Below, piece after piece: positions 57,434 through 64,000 of a DNA stretch of 64,000 bases; the first letter of the stretch is position 1; each line of letters begins with the position of its first letter. A program made the translations under genes and the position numbers. This DNA is from Halobacteriovoraceae bacterium (lineage in GTDB: Bacteria; Bdellovibrionota; Bacteriovoracia; Bacteriovoracales; Bacteriovoracaceae): the NCBI GenBank assembly GCA_963719505.1, contig CAVRCF010000004.1:32001-96000 (forward strand), written 5' to 3'. The notes under the pieces are model-generated. The model was not told where the DNA came from and ran no database searches. It saw only the letters and a program-made list of their open reading frames with translations.

Positions 57434-58444
57434 TTAAATTTTAGACAGCTTTGCGATACCCTCTAAGTCTTTGTATTGTTTTGATGTTTTAAAAAATCTT
57501 AGTGAATGATTATAAATCTCTTCCTCTGAAAAATTTAGTATTTTTCGGTAAGAATACTCTTTTCTTAAAAGCTTAATAAACTCGAAAGATACTTTTGGTA
57601 TGATTGTGCAGTCAAAGTTTTTGACATTATGACGAGCGTGAAAGTCTCTTTCACATGCGTAATTAGTCATTGCCGGTAGATCAAAGACTTGAATATTAAA
57701 AGTTTCTAACTCTTCTTTCATTTTTTCATGAATTTTAATTATCGCCGGGTTTTGATTGTAGAGAGTTTTCTTGTTTACAAGCTTTGCGATATTGAATTCT
57801 CCAAGGCCTGAAATTAAAAGAAGTCTCGAAAAACTAATCTTTCCTTCAATACTTTCCACGGTAATATTGGGGTTTGATAGATAGTCAAAATGAGTAAATT
57901 TATGAATGAGAATGTTTTGCATCTGTTCAGGGGCCAGGGTGATAGTGTCGCTATTGATAAGCATAAGGTTTTTAGCTTTTCCTTGTGAATCAGATGTGAG
58001 CATTGAGCCACTTGAACGTCTCGGACCTAAGGGCATGACATAAATTGAGCCATAAATGATTGAATCAGGATATTCTCTAATATATCTTTCTCTTGCTTTA
58101 TCAACTTCGCTCTCTATAAGGCTTGAGTTCTGAATGATCCTTTGACCGTGGATTTCGTAGAGCTCAAAGGCTGCCCAGAGATCTATTTTTTTACTAAGGG
58201 CGCCAGCTGGGTCAGTCCAAATCAACTTTGAATAAAGCGGCGCAAATTTCCCTTCCACGATTTCGTCCCAAAGTTCTAGTCTCTGGTAAAGGGGCTTTGA
58301 CTTAGCTTTATTCCAAAAAGCCTCAAAGCGAGCGGAGATATCAACGTAGTCAATATTATTTGTTTGAGTTACTTTGACCGGTGTGGAGCTACAGCCCCAG
58401 ACGGATATTCCTATAAAAAGAAATAGAATGAATGTGTTTGACAT
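57434..58444 (-). CDS. Lipoprotein resembling a DUF2268-like zinc peptidase with degenerate motif
   Basis: Lipobox VWGC; ILIHKFTH in place of HExxH; start revised. Confidence 0.55.
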   Translation of the reverse strand: MSNTFILFLFIGISVWGCSSTPVKVTQTNNIDYVDISARFEAFWNKAKSKPLYQRLELWDEIVEGKFAPLYSKLIWTDPAGALSKKIDLWAAFELYEIHGQRIIQNSSLIESEVDKARERYIREYPDSIIYGSIYVMPLGPRRSSGSMLTSDSQGKAKNLMLINSDTITLAPEQMQNILIHKFTHFDYLSNPNITVESIEGKISFSRLLLISGLGEFNIAKLVNKKTLYNQNPAIIKIHEKMKEELETFNIQVFDLPAMTNYACERDFHARHNVKNFDCTIIPKVSFEFIKLLRKEYSYRKILNFSEEEIYNHSLRFFKTSKQYKDLEGIAKLSKI

Positions 58445-58466
58445 GCCAAACTCCGATTTGTATGCT
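58438..58466 (+). promoter_or_regulatory. Sigma70-type promoter
   Basis: TTGACA-N17-TATGCT, 6 nt before ATG 58473. Confidence 0.7.
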
Positions 58467-58472
58467 GAAGCG

Positions 58473-59774
58473 ATGAACAATTCACTTAATCACATCATCT
58501 TGGTGGCGTCTATTATTTTGGCGCAAGTTTCTTATGCGGCACAAGGAAGTCTTGTGGATCAGAAACTTCAAAAATACATAAAAACTTTTGTTATCTCATC
58601 TCCTAAAACAGTTCCTGGTCGTGGCTCTAAAAAATTTGAATTTGGCAAAATGCTTTTTGAAGACAATGATCTCTCAGTGTCAAAAAATATAAGTTGTCTG
58701 TCTTGTCATAATCCCACGTTGGGATCATCAGATGCTTTGCCTTTTTCTATCGGCTCAGGCGGTGTTCACAATGGTTTAAAAAGTAAGCAGCTCTTGGCAA
58801 AACTCACTTCTCGAAGTTCTCCGCATCTTTACAATAAAGGGCATGACTCTTTTAGAACTATGTTTTGGGACGGGAGAGTTTTTTATGATGATTTTGAAGA
58901 CGCATACGAGACACCTGAGCCTGGACTCAATGGAAAGGCTCCCGTGTACAATGATATTGTTGAAAAGATAGAAAATGTTTTGAGCATGCAAGCACTTTTT
59001 CCGATTGCTTCAAGTGTGGAGATGAGAGGAGAGAGCTTTAAAGGTCTTAGTAATAGAGAGGTTTGGAAAAAAATTTCTGATAGAATTGCCAATAAAAAAA
59101 TCTATAAACAGTACATCACTCACGATTTCAATATTGCCGATATTGCGAATGCATTGGCTTTTTATCAAAAAGTTGAGTTTCAGGTCAACGACACACCCTT
59201 TGACCAATATATTGCTGGAGATCTTCAGGTTCTTTCTGATAAAGAGAAAGAGGGAGCTGTCGTATTTTTCGAAAAAGGGAGATGTTCTCGTTGTCATCAC
59301 GGTGCTCTTTTATCTAATCAAGCCTTTCAAGGGGTGGGAGTTCCTCAAATTGGACCAGGGCATACTAAAGATAAAAATGATGAGGGGAGATATCTGATAA
59401 CGGGAAAAGAATTTCACAAGTATGGCTTTCTCACCCAGCCACTGAGAAATATAGCATTAACAGCTCCCTTCATGCACGATGGATCTTTAAAGGATTTAGA
59501 AGCAGTTGTCGTCCATTATAATAATCCTTCTCGATCGATAGATGATTATTCCGTTAGAGACTTGCAGACACTATATAGTGGGATTTTCAACGATTTTATC
59601 TACGTTGATAAAAACCCTTATAGAAATATCTACAGAAAGCAGGCTATAGCTCCTCCTATAAAAGCACCACTGGGGCTTAACTCAAGAGAAATAGATTCCT
59701 TAGTTTGCTTTTTAAAAAAATCATTAACCCAACAGAAGTATCATTTTCAAGTTAATTTTTCTCAGTGCCAATAA
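58473..59774 (+). CDS. Di-heme cytochrome c peroxidase/MauG-family protein
   Basis: CLSCH and CSRCH, FWDGR, LRNIALTAPFMHDGS; signal peptide from 58473. Confidence 0.9.
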   Translation: MNNSLNHIILVASIILAQVSYAAQGSLVDQKLQKYIKTFVISSPKTVPGRGSKKFEFGKMLFEDNDLSVSKNISCLSCHNPTLGSSDALPFSIGSGGVHNGLKSKQLLAKLTSRSSPHLYNKGHDSFRTMFWDGRVFYDDFEDAYETPEPGLNGKAPVYNDIVEKIENVLSMQALFPIASSVEMRGESFKGLSNREVWKKISDRIANKKIYKQYITHDFNIADIANALAFYQKVEFQVNDTPFDQYIAGDLQVLSDKEKEGAVVFFEKGRCSRCHHGALLSNQAFQGVGVPQIGPGHTKDKNDEGRYLITGKEFHKYGFLTQPLRNIALTAPFMHDGSLKDLEAVVVHYNNPSRSIDDYSVRDLQTLYSGIFNDFIYVDKNPYRNIYRKQAIAPPIKAPLGLNSREIDSLVCFLKKSLTQQKYHFQVNFSQCQ

Positions 59775-59782
59775 GTCTTTTC

Positions 59783-60025
59783 TTAGACCCAGCCTTGTTT
59801 CCAGGAGGATTCATTCTCTAGTTGCCTGTGGTTTATCTGATATGTTTTTCCTGTAAATATTGCTGTTAGGACGATGAAGTCGATGATCTGAGGATCGTTA
59901 TCATTAAGTTTGACTTCGGTAACGGTGAAATGCTTTTCTTTGTTTTTAGGTTCAGCTGCAGTCCACTTACTATTGAGTAGTTTCTTTTTATTAGGGTGAT
60001 TTTTATTTTTCATATCTTTTTCCAT
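59783..60025 (-). CDS. TIGR02450-family Trp-rich protein
   Basis: KKLLNSKWTA..P.NKEKHF...WKQGW. Confidence 0.85.
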   Translation of the reverse strand: MEKDMKNKNHPNKKKLLNSKWTAAEPKNKEKHFTVTEVKLNDNDPQIIDFIVLTAIFTGKTYQINHRQLENESSWKQGWV

Positions 60026-60041
60026 GGACTAGTATTTTAGT

Positions 60042-61238
60042 ATGCATTCCACAGGACTTAAATCAAATATTCAAAAGATCTATGCCTTAAAGTTTTTTGG
60101 AATGTTTCTCGTTCTTATGCCAATTATAGTACCCTTTTTTCAGTCAAAGGGAATAGGCATGAAAGGCGTATACCTACTCCAGTCAATCTTTGCAATAACG
60201 GTTTTCATAATGGAGGTTCCCTCTGGTTATATTTCAGATCTTTTGGGAAGGAAGTCGACTCTTATTGTGGCAGGTTTTCTAAAAGCTGTTGGGTTCTCTT
60301 TATTTCCACTTGCGGATGATATCAATATTTTAATTTTTGCTGAAGTGATTCTTGGAATCGGAGCATCCTTGAGTTCTGGAACAGATATTGCCTTGATCTA
60401 TGATACGCTAGCGATAACGGCACCTAAAAAAGCTCACATAAAGATTTTGGGAAGGACCTTGTCTTACCTCTCTTTGGGTGAGGCTGTCGCGGCTTTTATT
60501 GCCTCGGTCCTGATGTTGTTGAGCGTGAATATGCAAAACTTGGCGATTGTATCTGCAGCAGTGAGCTGGATTCCTTTTTTTATAGCCTTTAGTTTATGTG
60601 AGCCTAAAAGAAAACTTATGAATTCAACTCATAGGGAAAATGCCACCTATATCTATCTAAAGCTTTTTAGAGAGTCTCAAGTGTTACGTCTCATTATTTT
60701 AAATTCAGTTCTCATCTCTTCCGGTACGCTTTTCGCCGTTTGGCTTTTTCAAAAATACTGGGAAAATATATCGATTCCGATTGTCTATTTTGGTTTTCTT
60801 TGGGCGATGACAAACTTGATTGTATCCGTCGTTAGCAAACGGGCCCATAAAATAGAGAAAAAATGGGGAAGTGCAAAGACTCTAGTCATCATTGGTATTC
60901 TTCCCATTATTGGATATTTCGGAATAGCATTGACCAACTCTGTCTTTGGTCTTGTTTTTTGTTTTTGTTTTCAGCTCACTCGAGGACTTGCACAAATAAT
61001 TTTAAAAGACGCCATCAATAGAAGAATTTCAGCCGATTTTCGAGCAACAGCAAATAGTGTTACTCAAATGGGTGTAAGAGTTCTCTTTGTCTTCTTTGGA
61101 CCACTCCTTGGCTTCATCATAGACCTGAAAGGATTAAGTTTCGCTTGTTTCATCATGGGATCTGCTTATATCGGTGTTTTTTGCTTTTCAACTCTTAGAC
61201 TTCTTTCTAAAAAATCAGAATTTATACCAATAAAATAA
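60042..61238 (+). CDS. MFS transporter
   Basis: EVPSGYISDLLGRK, SGTDIALIYD, RATANS; about 12 TM helices. Confidence 0.9.
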   Translation: MHSTGLKSNIQKIYALKFFGMFLVLMPIIVPFFQSKGIGMKGVYLLQSIFAITVFIMEVPSGYISDLLGRKSTLIVAGFLKAVGFSLFPLADDINILIFAEVILGIGASLSSGTDIALIYDTLAITAPKKAHIKILGRTLSYLSLGEAVAAFIASVLMLLSVNMQNLAIVSAAVSWIPFFIAFSLCEPKRKLMNSTHRENATYIYLKLFRESQVLRLIILNSVLISSGTLFAVWLFQKYWENISIPIVYFGFLWAMTNLIVSVVSKRAHKIEKKWGSAKTLVIIGILPIIGYFGIALTNSVFGLVFCFCFQLTRGLAQIILKDAINRRISADFRATANSVTQMGVRVLFVFFGPLLGFIIDLKGLSFACFIMGSAYIGVFCFSTLRLLSKKSEFIPIK

Positions 61239-61239
61239 T

Positions 61240-62634
61240 TTACTTTAATTTCTCGTAGGCAGGCTGGATCTTTTCAAAATCAAAGCTCCAATTTGTAGTG
61301 GACTCAATTTCATTTTTAAATTGTCTCTTAGAGTGACCTAAAATAATAGCATCATAAAGAAAAGAAGCCTCTCTAATCATTTTCATTCTTAAACTTAAGA
61401 TGGGACTTCTAATTTTAAAATTTGGATAAAGAAGATTACCATCTCCGTTTCCTCCAAAGTTATAGGTATCTAGCAGAGGATTAACACCAAACCTGGAAAG
61501 TTTCCACTGCTCAATTGAGTTATAATAGAGCAGTCCAGTGATGGGGTACCGAAGAGATAAAAGATAAAACATGTAGATGTCCTGTGCGTCTGCTTCGATG
61601 GAGAGATCAGGAGTTCCTGTCTTGTCGTGAATCAGTCCTGGATTTGGATACTGCGGACTTGAAGTATACTCTCTCGATGGGCCACAGCCATGACTCATGC
61701 AACTGATGTACATCCACAACTCAGAACCCGCATCAATTATTTCCTTAGAACTTTGTTCATCTATATGTTCAGCGACGGGACAATAGATATCAATTTCAAG
61801 ATCAGAATTATAACTAGTCGTGACCATTGTAGATACACTGGGATGTCTTTTTTTAAGATCAGTGAGACTCTTTTTGAGGGCGACAAATTCATCACCAAAA
61901 GGCTCATCCCATACATAAAACCAAGGGTTTTTGAGAATGTTTTTACTTAGCAGCTTATCTATTTCGCCGTTGATTGGGATATTGGTTTGGGTTATTCCAT
62001 TTTTTGACACATATGTTTCAAATCGATCATGCCTTTTTTCATTATAGGGTTCAAGCCATGACTTAATAGGGCGAACTCTATGTTTAAGCGCTTCCCTATG
62101 GGCCTGTAAGGCAAGACTTTCGTCTTCTTTTTTATAAGTTCCACGGTTGAGACCGAGTGAATAGGCATAGGGCTCAATTGGAATAAACAGGTTGAGCTTT
62201 GGTTTAAGAGAGGACTTTTTTAGTTTATCAATGGAGATTTCAATATTTTCAAGTTTAAAGGACTCACTGGTTTCAAAAAAAGCGTAGTCAGTTCGTCCAC
62301 AGTTTTCTGCAGTCAGAGGCTTAAGGGCATCGTAGTAAATACCCGTAGCATAATCCCTTGCAGAGGGATGATCGATTTGAATTGGGAGTATGGCAAAGGC
62401 CAGTCCTTGGAGCTTACAAATTTCACCTGTAAAAATAAAGCCTGTCGTTTGATTTTTAAAAATAGTTCTTTTTAAAGTATCGACCCAATCATCTTTTTTT
62501 ATTTCGTGAGGCTTTTGAAGATAACGTGCAACTTTTAAAGGACCTCTTTTTATGAATGACTTTTTACTCGTTTGTTCTTTAGGGTTTTGGCAGGAAATGA
62601 AAATAAAAAGAAGGGCGAGGATTAGCTTTATCAT
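61240..62634 (-). CDS. Lipoprotein with DUF4091/GH123-like C-terminus
   Basis: Lipobox FISC; YVWDEP, LWMYISC, GLLYY, NGDGNLLYP, SLRMKMIRE. Confidence 0.7.
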   Translation of the reverse strand: MIKLILALLFIFISCQNPKEQTSKKSFIKRGPLKVARYLQKPHEIKKDDWVDTLKRTIFKNQTTGFIFTGEICKLQGLAFAILPIQIDHPSARDYATGIYYDALKPLTAENCGRTDYAFFETSESFKLENIEISIDKLKKSSLKPKLNLFIPIEPYAYSLGLNRGTYKKEDESLALQAHREALKHRVRPIKSWLEPYNEKRHDRFETYVSKNGITQTNIPINGEIDKLLSKNILKNPWFYVWDEPFGDEFVALKKSLTDLKKRHPSVSTMVTTSYNSDLEIDIYCPVAEHIDEQSSKEIIDAGSELWMYISCMSHGCGPSREYTSSPQYPNPGLIHDKTGTPDLSIEADAQDIYMFYLLSLRYPITGLLYYNSIEQWKLSRFGVNPLLDTYNFGGNGDGNLLYPNFKIRSPILSLRMKMIREASFLYDAIILGHSKRQFKNEIESTTNWSFDFEKIQPAYEKLK

Positions 62635-62647
62635 AAGGAGTAGGGAT

Positions 62648-62672
62648 AAGCCCCCGATTAAATCGAGGGCTT
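62648..62672 (-). terminator. Probable intrinsic terminator
   Basis: AAGCCC.CGATT-A-AATCG.GGGCTT hairpin. Confidence 0.6.
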
Positions 62673-62678
62673 TATATT

Positions 62679-63095
62679 TTATCTAAGTGTTGATCTACAG
62701 TTTGCAAAAGCTGATCTATGCGTATTGTTTTGTCTTACTCTCATTGTAAAGTTGTGGTTATCGTTTTCAAAAACTTGATTTGGAACTTCAAAAGTAATTC
62801 CTCTAATTCCTGAAAAATCTGTATTGATACATGTGCTATTTCCAGAACATCTTGCTCTATTGGTCCAAAGTCTATTGAAGACTTCGTAGCCTGGTCCAAA
62901 CATGTCTCTGATAACGAGAGTTGTTCCTGAAACATCTTCTTTTTCAACATTCATAAAATCTAGATCTGCTCTTCTGAAAACGACATTTCCAAAAGTACCC
63001 TCAACAACAAGCGGTCCACTAACACTACAGTTAATGTCTGCAGTTCCAGCAAAAACGGAAGTCGTAAGCATTAACGCTAAAATAAGCTTTTTCAT
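62679..63095 (-). CDS. Exported hypothetical protein
   Basis: AAGGAG RBS, signal peptide, four Cys. Confidence 0.72.
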   Translation of the reverse strand: MKKLILALMLTTSVFAGTADINCSVSGPLVVEGTFGNVVFRRADLDFMNVEKEDVSGTTLVIRDMFGPGYEVFNRLWTNRARCSGNSTCINTDFSGIRGITFEVPNQVFENDNHNFTMRVRQNNTHRSAFANCRSTLR

Positions 63096-63149
63096 AAAAT
63101 CTCCTTAAGGTTTTTTATCTTTTTTTCACACTCTGGCATTCAAGTCAAC

Positions 63150-63890
63150 TCAGTATGAGTTTGTTATATAGTATTCAAGTATTTGCACCAGCTCAATTTT
63201 CTTCTCTTTCAGGGTCTCTTTCTGGTCTTTATTCGTATTTGTGATCATTTGGCTTAGGAACTTAAAAAAACGCTCATTCAACTCATTGTTTTCATTGAGT
63301 GACTTGGTAAATAGAGCAAAAGCAGATTCAACCTGTTCGTAGGTCTTTGCTTTTTTCAGTGCCCTTTGAATTTTTAACCTTCTGTTTATTCTTTGTTTGG
63401 AAATATCTTTGAGAAGAGGCAGATTGCTTCTAATCAATTCTCGCTGACCATCATTGATATAGCCAAAAAAGCCATCGTATTTTTTGGCCACCGTTTTTAC
63501 TGTCATTTCATCAGCTTGTTCTTTAACGCTTTCGTTTTTCTCTTCTTGAAGCTTAAAAAACTCTTTCTTTTGTTCAACGGAAAGTTTGAAGTAGTATTTG
63601 GTAATAAGAGGCATCAATCTGTTGGTAATCTCTATGTATTGCTCTTTTAATCCTTCGATGGGGATGGGGCTATTGACATCCAGCTTGGAGATTTTCTTCT
63701 TGAGCAGCTTAGCTGTCTCTTTGTTTTGGTTGAGAAACTTTTTTACATCGACTCTCAGTTCGTCTTCTTGTTGGTCATTTAAGTTTAGTTCTCCGGCAAT
63801 TTTACTAGTCATAAGGTAGTCTAGCTTTGAGACGATGAGGCTTTTAAAAGAGCACGATGCTGATAGTAAGAGTATAAGGATTAATTTCAT
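63150..63890 (-). CDS. Helical lipoprotein (DUF6279-like)
   Basis: Lipobox SASC; LDYL...LNLNDQQ, LSVEQ. Confidence 0.6.
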   Translation of the reverse strand: MKLILILLLSASCSFKSLIVSKLDYLMTSKIAGELNLNDQQEDELRVDVKKFLNQNKETAKLLKKKISKLDVNSPIPIEGLKEQYIEITNRLMPLITKYYFKLSVEQKKEFFKLQEEKNESVKEQADEMTVKTVAKKYDGFFGYINDGQRELIRSNLPLLKDISKQRINRRLKIQRALKKAKTYEQVESAFALFTKSLNENNELNERFFKFLSQMITNTNKDQKETLKEKKIELVQILEYYITNSY

Positions 63891-64000
63891 AACTTTATCC
63901 TATCCAATAATGAACAAAATGTTGTGTAGATTAGTTCAAATTTGATTTTGGTGTACAGCGATATATCTATGGGTTAAGATGGAGGTTAATTTTTTTTTGG

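Noticed and set aside
1164-63819. Many 60-150 aa track ORFs antisense to or nested in larger genes (e.g. 34910-35359, 24573-24890, 41112-41462)
   Set aside because: Shadow ORFs of well-supported genes, lacking RBS or recognisable motifs
63923-63940. TGTGTAGATTAGTTCAAA as another island palindrome
   Set aside because: Only the left half-site matches, and it lies at the window edge outside the island

Overview
An AT-rich (roughly 35% GC by eye), gene-dense chromosomal segment. The many short signal-peptide proteins, CarD-like gene, sigma28-like promoters and OmpA-barrel fusion suggest Bdellovibrionota (Bacteriovoracia/Halobacteriovorax-like); this is inference, not a database result. I found no rRNA, tRNA, CRISPR array or prophage. 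Main blocks: (1) an ECF sigma/anti-sigma/Spy unit and an MltB-CarD-LysR operon (0-5.5 kb). (2) A ~28 kb general-stress-like island (5.6-33.4 kb) with 2x MscS, a kinase/PP2C pair, TamAB, Hsp20, hemerythrin, YqaE, GabD, PA2779/PA2778, PfpI, ABC1 kinase, non-heme haloperoxidase-like hydrolase, YihY and DUF883. Its intergenic regions repeatedly carry a palindrome I do not recognise, TGTNTA-N6-TANACA. The island also holds an atypical response regulator flanked by two paralogous unknown genes and a doubly frameshifted ~1263-aa secreted kinase-fold gene. (3) RNA-metabolism genes and exported proteins, including a peptide deformylase with a signal peptide behind a sigma28-like promoter. (4) A fungal-type secreted glucoamylase divergent from a Na+/glucose symporter-glucokinase pair. 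(5) An intact IS1202-family (ISNCY) element with a 16-bp target duplication. Several small ORFs missing from the ORF track and several revised start codons are proposed. All family calls come from motif recognition by eye.
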